A stretch of DNA of 51,589 bases from an uncultured bacterium (GTDB lineage Bacteria > Bacteroidota > Bacteroidia > Chitinophagales > Chitinophagaceae): NCBI GenBank assembly GCA_903959965.1, contig CAJBZC010000300.1, forward strand, positions 1 through 51,589, in the 5' to 3' direction. The notes under the pieces were generated by a model. That model did not search any database. It was given only the letters and a program-made list of their open reading frames with translations, and was not told where the DNA came from. Within the stretch, counting starts at the first letter, position 1. The number at the start of each line of letters is the position of its first letter. Both the position numbers and the translations under genes were made by a program. Below, piece by piece: positions 39,301 through 49,189 of this stretch.

Positions 39301-41340
39301 TCAGAACGCCATCAGTTTCTCTATGGTCGAATGCAGCCGATGTTTAGCCAGAAAAACGTCTTCGAGTTCGCGGGCGAAGGGGACGGGACTGTCCAGGCTG
39401 GCGCATCGCATAACAGGCGCATCGAGCCAACGGAAGCAATGCTCTCCGATCCAGGCGGCGATCTCTCCGCCGAAGCCTCCGGTGAGGGTGTCCTCATGCA
39501 GCACCAGTACGCGACCTGTGCGACTGACAGATGCCTCGACGGCATCGGTATCCCAGGGGAGCAATGTCCGCAGGTCGAGAATATCAAGGGAGATGGATGG
39601 ATTTGCCTTTGCATAATCCTCTGCCCAGATCACACCCATACCGTAAGTGATGATGCTCAGGTCATGGCCGGAGCTGACCTGCCGGGCCTTGCCGATCTGT
39701 ACGAGATGATATCCTTCCGGCACGACACCCGAGATGCTTCTGTAAAGCGCCTTGTGCTCAAAGTACATGACGGGATTGGGATCCGCAAAGGCTGCGATCA
39801 GTAGTCCCTTGGCATCGGCGGGGGTTGATGGGTACACCACCTTCAGTCCGGGCGTATGCGTGAACCAGGCCTCATTGCTCTGCGAGTGGAAGGGGCCGGC
39901 ACCGACACCGGCACCGGTCGGCATCCGGATCACCACATCTGCGGGTTGGCCCCAGCGATAGTGGATCTTGGCGAGGTTGTTTACGATCTGGTTGAAACCG
40001 GAGGTTACGAAATCGGCGAACTGCATCTCGACCATACTTTTGATACCTTCCAGCGAGAGGCCAAGCGCGGTGCCGATGATGGCACTTTCACAGAGTGGGG
40101 TATTTCTGACCCGGTCGGCACCGAATCGGTCCATCAAACCATCCGTGACCTTGAAGGCGCCGCCATATCCTGCGATATCCTGCCCCATGAGCACCAGTTC
40201 GGGATGCCTTTGCATGGCCTCTGTCAACCCCTCCCGAATGGCATCAACAAATCTCATCGGTTCCCTCGCTTCAGGAATGGAGGCGGGCACAGGTTTCGGA
40301 AATCGTCTGGGGCGATCGGAAGTATCAGTCTCTTGCGAGGTGGTATCGACCTCGGGCATCGGCGCGTAGACATCCCGAAGTTCATTCTGTGGATCGGCCG
40401 GGATCTTGCCGGGGGCGAGCCCGGTCTTAACGGACTTGTCGATGTATAATGAAAATTCGGCACGGATCGCAGCCATGCCTTCTGCATCCATCACTCCGGT
40501 GCGGAGAAGGTAAAGTTCGTAGTTGGAAACAGGATCTTTCTTGCCCCATTCCTCGAAGAGATGCGGGGGCACATAGTGCGTTCCGCTAGCCTCCTCATGT
40601 CCGCGCATGCGGAAGGTGGTGCATTCAATGAGGTAGGGCTTCTTATTTCGAATGCAATAATCACGAACGCCCCGGACGGTATCCAACACCGTCAGGATAT
40701 TATTCCCATCGATCCTGATACCTTCCATGCCATATCCACGCGCGCGATCCACCAGCCGTTCACATTTATACTGTTCTGAAACGGGCGTACTCAGTCCATA
40801 GCCATTATTCTCGATGATGAAGATGACCGGCAGATCCCAAACGGCCGCGACGTTCAGGGCTTCATGGAAATCGCCTTCGGAAGTTCCGCCATCTCCGGTG
40901 AAGGTAAGGGAAGCACGGGGTTGGTTCCGGAGCCGGTAGGCCAGCGCCGCGCCCTCTGCCACGGCAAGTTGGGGCCCGAGATGGGAGATCATCCCGCAAA
41001 TATGATGCTCGGTTGATCCGAAGTGAAAACTGCGTTCCCGACCTTTGGAAAATCCCTCGAATCGTCCCTGCCATTGCAGGAAAAGTTTCTCCAGTGACAT
41101 GCCGCGAACAGTGAACACGCCCAGATTTCGATGCAGGGGCATGATCCATTCGTCGGAATCCATAGCCAGTGCCGCACCCACCGATATGGCCTCCTGACCG
41201 ATTCCACTAAACCATTTGGAGATCCGGCCCTGCCTTAGCAGGATCAGCATCTTTTCTTCGATCATCCTCGGCAACAGCAACTGTCGGTAGATGGCCATCA
41301 GTTCGGCATCCGTCAATCCCTTTCGGTCGAAATGCATCAT
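39301..41340 (-). CDS. 2-oxoacid (probably branched-chain) dehydrogenase E1, fused alpha/beta
   Basis: TPP motif GDGGTSEG...ENN and RMRGHEE in the alpha part; GQDI, NTPLCE, EMQFADF, GPFHSQ and FEHK in the beta part. Confidence 0.93.
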   Translation of the reverse strand: MMHFDRKGLTDAELMAIYRQLLLPRMIEEKMLILLRQGRISKWFSGIGQEAISVGAALAMDSDEWIMPLHRNLGVFTVRGMSLEKLFLQWQGRFEGFSKGRERSFHFGSTEHHICGMISHLGPQLAVAEGAALAYRLRNQPRASLTFTGDGGTSEGDFHEALNVAAVWDLPVIFIIENNGYGLSTPVSEQYKCERLVDRARGYGMEGIRIDGNNILTVLDTVRGVRDYCIRNKKPYLIECTTFRMRGHEEASGTHYVPPHLFEEWGKKDPVSNYELYLLRTGVMDAEGMAAIRAEFSLYIDKSVKTGLAPGKIPADPQNELRDVYAPMPEVDTTSQETDTSDRPRRFPKPVPASIPEAREPMRFVDAIREGLTEAMQRHPELVLMGQDIAGYGGAFKVTDGLMDRFGADRVRNTPLCESAIIGTALGLSLEGIKSMVEMQFADFVTSGFNQIVNNLAKIHYRWGQPADVVIRMPTGAGVGAGPFHSQSNEAWFTHTPGLKVVYPSTPADAKGLLIAAFADPNPVMYFEHKALYRSISGVVPEGYHLVQIGKARQVSSGHDLSIITYGMGVIWAEDYAKANPSISLDILDLRTLLPWDTDAVEASVSRTGRVLVLHEDTLTGGFGGEIAAWIGEHCFRWLDAPVMRCASLDSPVPFARELEDVFLAKHRLHSTIEKLMAF

Positions 41341-41393
41341 GATGCGAAGTTCGTTAGGATGAATTCAGAAATCAAGATTACGGCGGCACCTGA

Positions 41394-41744
41394 TCAGTCA
41401 CGGTTCATCTTTTTGTCCAATGCTTCCAGGAGGGTGACGATCAGGGATACGATGAGGCTGAAGGCCAGTGCCCAGCCGAAACCCCGAACCTCAAAGCCAT
41501 CTACCAGCTCCGCACCCAGAATAACGATCACCGCATTGATCACCAGCAGGAAGAGTCCGAGGGTGACAAGGGTGAAGGGGATCGTCAAGAGGATGAGGAT
41601 GGGTTTCACGAAAGAATCCAGCAGCGCCAGGACGGCCGCAGCCACCAGGGCAGTGATATTATCGCGCACCTGAATGCCATCAAGCAGGTAAGATGCGATG
41701 AGCACCCCCAGCCAGGTGAAGAAGAGTCGAAGCAGGAAACGCAT
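41394..41744 (-). CDS. Phage-holin-family (YvlD-like) membrane protein
   Basis: Four TM helices with VKPILILLTIPFTLVTLGLFLLVINA. No prophage genes nearby. Confidence 0.88.
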   Translation of the reverse strand: MRFLLRLFFTWLGVLIASYLLDGIQVRDNITALVAAAVLALLDSFVKPILILLTIPFTLVTLGLFLLVINAVIVILGAELVDGFEVRGFGWALAFSLIVSLIVTLLEALDKKMNRD

Positions 41745-41818
41745 AACCACAGGGATTTGTCATTCAAGTTACGCAAAAAATGGGGTAGGCCTATGCATTT
41801 TCCGCAGTTCCCGTGTCG

Positions 41819-43102
41819 TCAGACGACCGTAAGTTCGTAGAAGTCTTCTTCCCGCAGGTACTTGTCAGCCAGGGCGTTCAATTCCTGTGGCGTGATCTCC
41901 CGGATGGTTTTGAGTGTATCATAGAAGAACTGGCTGTCCAGACCATTCAGGATCAGGTTTTTCCAGCGACCGATGATCTGGAACGGGCCATCAAGGTCTC
42001 CGAGGATGGTGCCCATGAGGTAATTACGAACCATCATCAGTTCGTCGTCCGGGATCTCATCTTCGCGCAGCCGTTTCATTTCATGATGAATCTCGCGGAT
42101 GGTGGCTTCACACACTTCTCGGCCGGCTTCGGTGCTGACCATCCAGGCGGATGCTCCGATATGGTTCTGAATATGGCTGTAGATGCCGTAGGTGTATCCC
42201 TTGTCTTCACGGATGTTGTCCATCAGGCGGGATCCGAAGTACCCGCCGAACAGGGTGTTCAGCACCATGGCAGGCTTAAAGTCCGGATGATGGCGGTTGG
42301 GGAAGGGCCTGGCCAGTCGGATGGCACCCTGCACCCCGTCCGGGTCGTTCAGTACAAAGTGTTTCTTTTCCAAAGTGGGTTTCACGGGATGCAGGATCGT
42401 CGGCAGCGGCGTGCGGTTGAGTGGAAGTTGTCCAAAAGTTTTATTCAAAGAGGCTTCCAGGTCTGCCGGCAGGATGCCCGCGACGAAGATCATCGCCTGG
42501 CCATTCACATAGTATCGGTCATGGAAGGCCTTGAGGTCCTCGCGAATAAGCCCATCGTACATCTCCGCATTTGAATAAATGCCATATGGGTGATCGAAAC
42601 CGTAGAGATATTCATCGATGAGTCTGCCTGCTACGAACTCACATTTCAGGAGGTTGACCTCGAGCCGTTGTTTCATGTTCTGGCGGTAAATGTCCAGCTC
42701 ATGTTCGGGGAAGACCGAATCGGTGATGAGTTCCTGCATGACGGGCAGGAGTTCAGGCAGATGCCTGGTCAGGCAATGTAGGGTGACGGTAGAGGTCTCA
42801 TTGTAGCAGTTACGGTTGAGATACGCACCATAATATTCGAAGTGCTCATTGATCTCAAAGGCGTTATGTTTCGATGTGCCATTCTTCAGAAGGGAATTGA
42901 CCGCATTGGCGATGCCGTTGGCGGATTCATACCAATTGCCCGCGCGAAAAACGATCTCCAGCTGCATAACTTCTTCGGCACCGGCATCTACGGCGTAAAC
43001 GGGTATGCTGTTGTCGAGGGTGAAACTGCGATAAGGCTTGAGTTCCAGCGTGAGGTCAACGGCGTCCTTCATGCGTGGCGGATGCTGACGGTCTGGGGTC
43101 AT
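41819..43102 (-). CDS. M16 peptidase, non-catalytic subunit
   Basis: Pitrilysin fold (LFGGYFGSRLMDNIREDKGYTYG) without HxxEH. Start set at ATG 43102. Confidence 0.9.
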   Translation of the reverse strand: MTPDRQHPPRMKDAVDLTLELKPYRSFTLDNSIPVYAVDAGAEEVMQLEIVFRAGNWYESANGIANAVNSLLKNGTSKHNAFEINEHFEYYGAYLNRNCYNETSTVTLHCLTRHLPELLPVMQELITDSVFPEHELDIYRQNMKQRLEVNLLKCEFVAGRLIDEYLYGFDHPYGIYSNAEMYDGLIREDLKAFHDRYYVNGQAMIFVAGILPADLEASLNKTFGQLPLNRTPLPTILHPVKPTLEKKHFVLNDPDGVQGAIRLARPFPNRHHPDFKPAMVLNTLFGGYFGSRLMDNIREDKGYTYGIYSHIQNHIGASAWMVSTEAGREVCEATIREIHHEMKRLREDEIPDDELMMVRNYLMGTILGDLDGPFQIIGRWKNLILNGLDSQFFYDTLKTIREITPQELNALADKYLREEDFYELTVV

Positions 43103-43157
43103 GTTATGTCGGGAATAAAGTGTGTAAGGAAAGGGTTGAGGAAGGCCCGGCCGGATG

Positions 43158-44405
43158 TCAGGCCTCCTTCCCGTCAGCGAGATAATGGAGGGTGCTGCTA
43201 TTTTCTGGTCGGAAGATGCGATGGCATTCGGTAAGGATCTCTTCAGGGGTGACCGCCCGATATTTTGAGAGTTCATCGTTCATGAGGGCGGCATCTCCCA
43301 GCAGTTCGTAAAAGGCAAGGCTGGAGGCGCGGCTCATGACACTCATATCTTCGAAGGCCATGATGCTTTCGGTCTTGTTCTTGACCTTCTGGAGTTCTTT
43401 TTCTGTTACACCATCCTTCAACATCTTTGCGATCTCGGCGTCGACGGCTGCCTCGGCGGCATGGATATCGACCCCTTTGACCAGTTTGCCATCGATGGTC
43501 ACCAGGCCGGCATCCAGGCTTCCGAAATGATAGCAATCTATGCTGCTGAAAAGTTTCTGCTCTTTTACCAGCGACTGATAGAGCCTTGAGGATCCGCCAC
43601 CACCGAGCATGTCGGTGATGAGATCGGCCGCGTAGTAGCGGGGATCCATGCGGGCTGACATATGCCAGGTCTTGTAGAAGGCATCCAATGGGACATTGGC
43701 CTTTACCTCCAGACGGCGGGCCGCTGTCTGACCGGGTTCCTGAGGCAGGTTTCGTTCATAACGATCGCCCGATTCGATGCCACCAAACCATTTTTCGGCG
43801 AGTTCCCGAACCTGGTCGGTATAGACATTACCTGCCACCGTCAGGATGGCATTGACCGGACGATAATGCTTGAAGAAGAAGCGGCGCACATCTTCCAGTT
43901 GAGCTTCTTCGATATGCGAGAGCTCCCGGCCGATGGTCATCCAGCGATATGGATGTTGCTGGTAGGCCAGTTCCCGCATGATCTTCCAAACATCGCCGTA
44001 AGGCTTGTTGATATAATGCTCCTTGAACTCCTCACACACTACTTTGCGTTGGACATCCAGGCTTTTTTCGCCGAAGGCCAGGCTCAGCATGCGGTCGCTT
44101 TCCAGCCAAAAGGCGGTTTCGAGATTCTCGGCCGGCAACTGGCAGTAGTAATTGGTGAGGTCATTCGTGGTGTAGGCGTTGTTCTCTCCGCCCGCCAGCT
44201 GCAGGGGCTCGTCGTAGACGGGGATGTTCACGGATCCTCCGAACATGAGGTGCTCGAAGAGATGAGCGAATCCCGTGCGGGCGGGTTCTTCATCCCGGGC
44301 ACCGACATCATAGAGGACGTTGACAACAGCCATCGGTGTACTATGATCGCGATGGACAATAACGCGAAGGCCGTTGGAAAGGGTGAAACGGTCAAACTTG
44401 ATCAT
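43158..44405 (-). CDS. M16 peptidase, catalytic subunit
   Basis: LSNGL, GFAHLFEHLMF (HxxEH), NAYT, LESDRM and VVCEE. Confidence 0.94.
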   Translation of the reverse strand: MIKFDRFTLSNGLRVIVHRDHSTPMAVVNVLYDVGARDEEPARTGFAHLFEHLMFGGSVNIPVYDEPLQLAGGENNAYTTNDLTNYYCQLPAENLETAFWLESDRMLSLAFGEKSLDVQRKVVCEEFKEHYINKPYGDVWKIMRELAYQQHPYRWMTIGRELSHIEEAQLEDVRRFFFKHYRPVNAILTVAGNVYTDQVRELAEKWFGGIESGDRYERNLPQEPGQTAARRLEVKANVPLDAFYKTWHMSARMDPRYYAADLITDMLGGGGSSRLYQSLVKEQKLFSSIDCYHFGSLDAGLVTIDGKLVKGVDIHAAEAAVDAEIAKMLKDGVTEKELQKVKNKTESIMAFEDMSVMSRASSLAFYELLGDAALMNDELSKYRAVTPEEILTECHRIFRPENSSTLHYLADGKEA

Positions 44406-44474
44406 GTTGCAAATATCCGACGAAACGGGGAGATCAGCGGCGATGAAATGTAGGAGCGCGCATGGGTTAACCTG

Positions 44475-45368
44475 TCACGCCAACACTACACGAATGTTGC
44501 GTACCACATCTATATCGATTCCGGTGCGATCGACAATGTCCTGATCAGACAGATCGGGTTCAATTTTCAGGATGGATAGTATCCGGAGACTGGCCTCAAG
44601 GCCTGCCGACATGCCTTCTTTTCGACCTTGTTCAATCCCCTGTTCAATTCCCTTTTCAATTCCTTGGTCAATATAATGTAATGCGAGATCCTCATGCGCG
44701 AGCATTTTAGCGATGCGGCTGTCCATCAGCAAAAGTTCGCGCTCTGTATAACGGGTAAGATCCCATGCCTCTACTGCAGCACTCATGAACCGCAGTTTTT
44801 TCAATTCATCGGGTGAAAATACTCGTTGCATCTCTTCCGTTTTATTGAAATACATCATCCAGAGATCCCGCACATCTGACTTATCAAAAGTATCATTTTC
44901 TACCCATTTTCTCATCTCCACCATGGTAAAATGTAGCTCGCCAAAAGGTGCACTTTCAAGAGCCCTGGTGGTGAAATCGATATGATGGACCCAATCAGGA
45001 CTTTCCGGGAACATCTTGTAATCCAGGAGACACAAAGTATACACAGGTTGCATCTCCTTCAATGAATCACCAATTCTGATCTGTCTGCTGTACACTCTGC
45101 TGGCATTCAATAACACGCGTCGGAAAAATAACGGGGTTTTCTGAAGTTGCATTTCGACAATAAAATGTCGCCCGTTCACATCCCTGCATCTTACATCAAC
45201 AATAGTCAGACTGCCATCGTCGTGCTCGGCATGCAATTCTGCCGGCATATATTCTATGCCGACGATCGGATCGGTCAGGGGCAGAAAGCTATTCAGCAAA
45301 TGCATCAGCGATTCAGGCTGATGCATAAATATAAACCTGAAAATCCTGTCTCTTCTGGGATCAGCCAT
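44475..45368 (-). CDS. Rpn family recombination-promoting nuclease / PD-(D/E)XK putative transposase
   Basis: N-terminal DRIFRFIF; catalytic VDVRC..IVEMQ; C-terminal G(I/R)E(K/Q) repeats and an HTH-like tail (IVDRTGIDIDVV). More AT-rich than its flanks. Confidence 0.9.
   Translation of the reverse strand: MADPRRDRIFRFIFMHQPESLMHLLNSFLPLTDPIVGIEYMPAELHAEHDDGSLTIVDVRCRDVNGRHFIVEMQLQKTPLFFRRVLLNASRVYSRQIRIGDSLKEMQPVYTLCLLDYKMFPESPDWVHHIDFTTRALESAPFGELHFTMVEMRKWVENDTFDKSDVRDLWMMYFNKTEEMQRVFSPDELKKLRFMSAAVEAWDLTRYTERELLLMDSRIAKMLAHEDLALHYIDQGIEKGIEQGIEQGRKEGMSAGLEASLRILSILKIEPDLSDQDIVDRTGIDIDVVRNIRVVLA
44626..44672 (-). repeat. Imperfect 12-bp tandem repeat encoding QGIEKGIEQGIEQG
   Basis: About 4 copies of cc(t/c)t(g/t)(t/g)tcaat(c/t) on the plus strand. 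Confidence 0.8.
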
Positions 45369-45513
45369 CACATCATTTCGAGCGAAATTATATGACTATG
45401 ATCGCCTATTCCATGTAATTCTAACAATAGCGAAACAGAATAAAACTGATAAAAAAGGTGATTTATACGGAACCCATAAATAAATGGGAAGTTTCTTTTT
45501 CTCAGTAATGTTA

Positions 45514-47766
45514 TCAGAATTTTGCCCCCACCGTAATGAACCCGTTGCGTGGCTCCGCAGGCATGATACCCGGCCCCGGATAGCCGCCGGCTCTGCGTGT
45601 GAAGTACTTTTCATTGAACAGATTATTGACGCCTGCCTTCAGAAAGAGTTTTTCGTTGAAGCGCCAGGTACCGCTCAGATCAACCACTTCGTATGAAGGA
45701 ATGGCGCCATTGACACCGGTTGCCACGGCTGTTGCAGTATTATTGGCATCACTGTAGGCCTTGCTCACATAACTGTACTGCAGTGTCGCGGTGAGACGGC
45801 CACGGGCATAGGTCATACCGGCGCGATGAATGCCTGCGGGAGCATTCTCCACCCGCTTGCCAGCCAGGTTCGTTTCTACGAGGTTGTTACCAGACTTGGC
45901 GACCACCCTGACATTGTCATATCGTGCATCGATCAGGGCCGATGAAACAAACAAGGTCAGGTTGCCTTTCACTGAACCTTGCATCCAGGCCTTGACGGGA
46001 CTGAATTCCACGAGCATTTCCGTTCCCCGACTGCGACTATTACCTACGTTGGTGCGCAGGTTATAAAAACTTCCATCTGTACGCTGCTGTGCCAACATGC
46101 CCACTCGATCGCGATAATCCAAAGAAAAAACGCTCACATCGAAAAACAACCAGTCTTTCACGCGCCCGCGATAACCGATGTCGATGTTGTGGCCTTTGGC
46201 ATCCCGCAGGTTTTGATCGATCACATCTGTTGTCGGATTTCCGATGAGTTCGCTGAAGAGCACGGGACGATAGGCTTGTGCATAGTTTGCATAAATCTCC
46301 GTGGCTGCTACATGATATTCCATGGCGATCCCCGGGAGTATGAAATTTCGGTTACGGGTGTCCGTAGGTGTCCTCGTTTCCGTGTTCCCCACAAGTCCAA
46401 GTCTTCCTGCAGTTGTGTTCGAGATATGTTCGTAGCGTATGCCGGGAATGATCAGCAGTTCTTTTCCGATGCGGAAGATATTCTCGGCAAAAAAGGCCGT
46501 GTTGAAGGTGTGAAAATCAAGTGAGGTGGGGAAAGGTGCTGATACATTGAAATTGAAATCAGAGCCTGTGTCTCCCCGGCCATTCTGCCTCCTGAATGTA
46601 TGGCCTGTGAAAATGCGTGCGCCGGTTGACAAGGTATGATTCTGACGACCAATGGTGTAGTCTGTGATGAATCTGGCCTCTGCACCTGCGTTGCGGTACT
46701 GATCCAGGTCAACCCTTCTGTTCGTATACGTCAACGTGGTTGGGTTTATACTGTCCTTAAGCGTGGAGGGCTGCAGGAAACCAACACTGTTTCGTACCCC
46801 TTCCATACCAAACACCTTTACATTCATCCGCGTGGTTGGATTGAAGGCATAATCAAGATTCAGTGCGGCCATGGACCAGCGGACACCGAACCAATTTCTG
46901 CTGCGTAAGCTTTGAATATGATCGGCCTGAAACTGTGCATCCGTCAATCCTCCGGGCTGTTGGCTGGTGTAGTCGAAGTGGGTCAATTCCACGCCGGCCT
47001 TGAGCTTGGGAGAGATTTTCCAGGTAGTACTGACAAAGCCGGTATTGACATGGAAGCCGCTGTTGGCCCGGAAACCATCACCTCGGCGATGATCCCAAAA
47101 ACCGTAATAATTGATTTTCTCCGTCTTACCGCCGACCGCGTGGTAAGTGTTGAACAGGTTGAAACTCCCCAGTGTCTGCTGGGTTTCATATTGGAAGGGT
47201 TTGGTCGCTTCGGATCCATCTTTCAAGATAAAATTGACCAGTCCGCCGAACTGTGGGCCATACTGCAGACTTGCGGCACCGCGCACTACCTGTATGCGCT
47301 GAACGGAGTTGAGTTGTGGCGTGTAATATGCTTCCGGATATCCGAACGGATCACTGCTGATGTCATATCCATTTTGGCGGATGTTGAATTCCCAGCTTCT
47401 GTTTGGACTCAAACCCCGGGCGGCGATACCGATCTGAATGCCACTGGGGTCACTTTCCCAGATCTGAATACCGGGCACTTTGGCCATCACCTGCCGCATC
47501 GTGTTGTTCACGACGTTGCCCTGTACATTATCCATCACGATGAGCGCGTTTTTCTTTCCCGCGTTGATGGTGGTGCCTACAATTTCAGGGAGAAAGTGCA
47601 TGTCCGCTCTGGTGTTTTTTCCAACAAGCGTGATCTCCGACATATAACGGACATGGCTAAGCGAAGTATCGGTGACGGGTGGTTGTTGCGCGACGGCATG
47701 CGCAACCATGGTGTATGATATGCTAAAAGTGAATAACGCTCGTTTTATTAAACGCATCATTTCCAT
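45514..47766 (-). CDS. TonB-dependent receptor (FecA-like)
   Basis: Signal peptide; plug KVPGIQI..RGLSPNRS..RQNG..IQVVRGAASLQYG; C-terminal GVNNLFNEKYF...PRN...GAKF. Confidence 0.92.
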   Translation of the reverse strand: MEMMRLIKRALFTFSISYTMVAHAVAQQPPVTDTSLSHVRYMSEITLVGKNTRADMHFLPEIVGTTINAGKKNALIVMDNVQGNVVNNTMRQVMAKVPGIQIWESDPSGIQIGIAARGLSPNRSWEFNIRQNGYDISSDPFGYPEAYYTPQLNSVQRIQVVRGAASLQYGPQFGGLVNFILKDGSEATKPFQYETQQTLGSFNLFNTYHAVGGKTEKINYYGFWDHRRGDGFRANSGFHVNTGFVSTTWKISPKLKAGVELTHFDYTSQQPGGLTDAQFQADHIQSLRSRNWFGVRWSMAALNLDYAFNPTTRMNVKVFGMEGVRNSVGFLQPSTLKDSINPTTLTYTNRRVDLDQYRNAGAEARFITDYTIGRQNHTLSTGARIFTGHTFRRQNGRGDTGSDFNFNVSAPFPTSLDFHTFNTAFFAENIFRIGKELLIIPGIRYEHISNTTAGRLGLVGNTETRTPTDTRNRNFILPGIAMEYHVAATEIYANYAQAYRPVLFSELIGNPTTDVIDQNLRDAKGHNIDIGYRGRVKDWLFFDVSVFSLDYRDRVGMLAQQRTDGSFYNLRTNVGNSRSRGTEMLVEFSPVKAWMQGSVKGNLTLFVSSALIDARYDNVRVVAKSGNNLVETNLAGKRVENAPAGIHRAGMTYARGRLTATLQYSYVSKAYSDANNTATAVATGVNGAIPSYEVVDLSGTWRFNEKLFLKAGVNNLFNEKYFTRRAGGYPGPGIMPAEPRNGFITVGAKF

Positions 47767-47848
47767 GACGCAAAGTTCTAACGAGCACCTTGGAGTTGAT
47801 TTACGAAAAGGGGAAACCTGATTTTCGATATGTGGAAAAACTACAGCA

Positions 47849-49042
47849 TCAATAAATGCGTGCAGGTCGCATGGTAAGCACTCGGATGCCGTCCTCGTTC
47901 CTAACCAGAAACCGCAGCTTTACCCCGGTCTGCTGCATCATTTCCTTGTACACGCGGATATTACCGGAGATGTCGTTATTGATCGCCAGGATTAAATCTC
48001 CTGTTCTGAATCCTGCTTTTTCCCCGGGAGATCCGGGTAATACGTCCTCCACAACCACGCGTCCGTCTATCTGATACATCCCAAGGCCGGTATAAGAATA
48101 GTCGAAAGGCTCCCTGAGATGCTTGTTCGGGATGATATGAATCTCGCGCTTGGAGTAATTGATGACCGTATTAAAACGACGGAGGATATCATTGCCGATC
48201 AATCCGCCCAGAAAGGGGTAGTTGGTGATATTATATGGGTCTTCAAACAGGAATGTTGGAACGCGTCTGAACATATAGGGGCCCAACCGGAACTTCCGTA
48301 CCGTGGTGATGCGCATGTTCATCTTTCCACCTACGCCTTCGGCCTGCGTCAAGAGCGGCTGCTTCTTTTTGTTGGCCAGCACACTGCTGTCGCGTATGTA
48401 AGATTCCGAAAGTAGCAGCGCCAAACCCGCACCTGTATCAAAGTAGAAGCGGCTTGACAGCCAGCGGGCATCCTGGACCGAGGCTGTTTGAATGGGAATG
48501 TTTGTGAGCAGTGGCCGCAGCAAATGACCACCCCGTGGATAGACATACTCACCCTGGGTGAAAACATCCATCTGCATGATGTCGTAATCCAGACGGACGA
48601 TGTATCGACTGAAAAAACTGTAGCCGATGATGCCGTCCACCCGAATACCGTAAACGCTGGACAGGATCTCATAATCATTTACGTGGAAATCCAGGCTATC
48701 GACCGACAAACCGGGCAGGTGCAGACGTGCATCATATAGAAAGCTCACCTTTCGAACACCGGCGATCCCACGGATCGTCTTGTCCGAAGGACGGATGGGC
48801 ATGTTCCAGCGTGCGCAGGCGGCGGAGTCCAGGGAGATTCCACCACTGCCGGTGTCCAGGATGAAGTTCAGGCTGTCAGGGTACCCATTGACCACAGCGC
48901 GGACGAACATGACACCACCCGTCAACGGCTGGAGCCGGATACTGGTGATCCATTGAGAAGGTTGCTCCCCCATGACCGGCGCCCCGCGCGCGCCAATCAC
49001 GAAAAGGAGGTATAAAATGATGATTATCAGTTTATAGGGCAT
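47849..49042 (-). CDS. Exported double retropepsin-like aspartyl protease with C-terminal PDZ domain
   Basis: Two catalytic motifs ILDTGSG and YFDTGAG, with GIIG and GLIG; PDZ segment VLPGSPGEKAGFRTGDLILAIN. Signal peptide from ATG 49042. Confidence 0.9.
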   Translation of the reverse strand: MPYKLIIIILYLLFVIGARGAPVMGEQPSQWITSIRLQPLTGGVMFVRAVVNGYPDSLNFILDTGSGGISLDSAACARWNMPIRPSDKTIRGIAGVRKVSFLYDARLHLPGLSVDSLDFHVNDYEILSSVYGIRVDGIIGYSFFSRYIVRLDYDIMQMDVFTQGEYVYPRGGHLLRPLLTNIPIQTASVQDARWLSSRFYFDTGAGLALLLSESYIRDSSVLANKKKQPLLTQAEGVGGKMNMRITTVRKFRLGPYMFRRVPTFLFEDPYNITNYPFLGGLIGNDILRRFNTVINYSKREIHIIPNKHLREPFDYSYTGLGMYQIDGRVVVEDVLPGSPGEKAGFRTGDLILAINNDISGNIRVYKEMMQQTGVKLRFLVRNEDGIRVLTMRPARIY

Positions 49043-49164
49043 GCTCAATAATAGTTTGGAGAAGAGATGCTGACCGGCGGGCCTGGTGCCACTACCTAAA
49101 GGTATGGATGATAAAACCACAGAAAGGGTTGCATTGTTGCAGAAGTGGAGTGTCCGGGCTTCCG

Positions 49165-49172
49165 TACCTTTG
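49165..49172 (+). promoter_or_regulatory. Bacteroidota -7 promoter element upstream of mqnC
   Basis: Exact TACCTTTG, 17 nt before ATG 49190. Confidence 0.65.
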
Positions 49173-49189
49173 CAAATACATTTACATCT

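Noticed and set aside
41394-41744. Holin-like gene as evidence of a prophage
   Set aside because: YvlD-type genes are common chromosomal genes, and no endolysin, integrase or structural genes are nearby.
44406-45513. Rpn gene as an IS element
   Set aside because: No terminal inverted repeats or target duplication were found by eye, and the family is not a demonstrated transposase.
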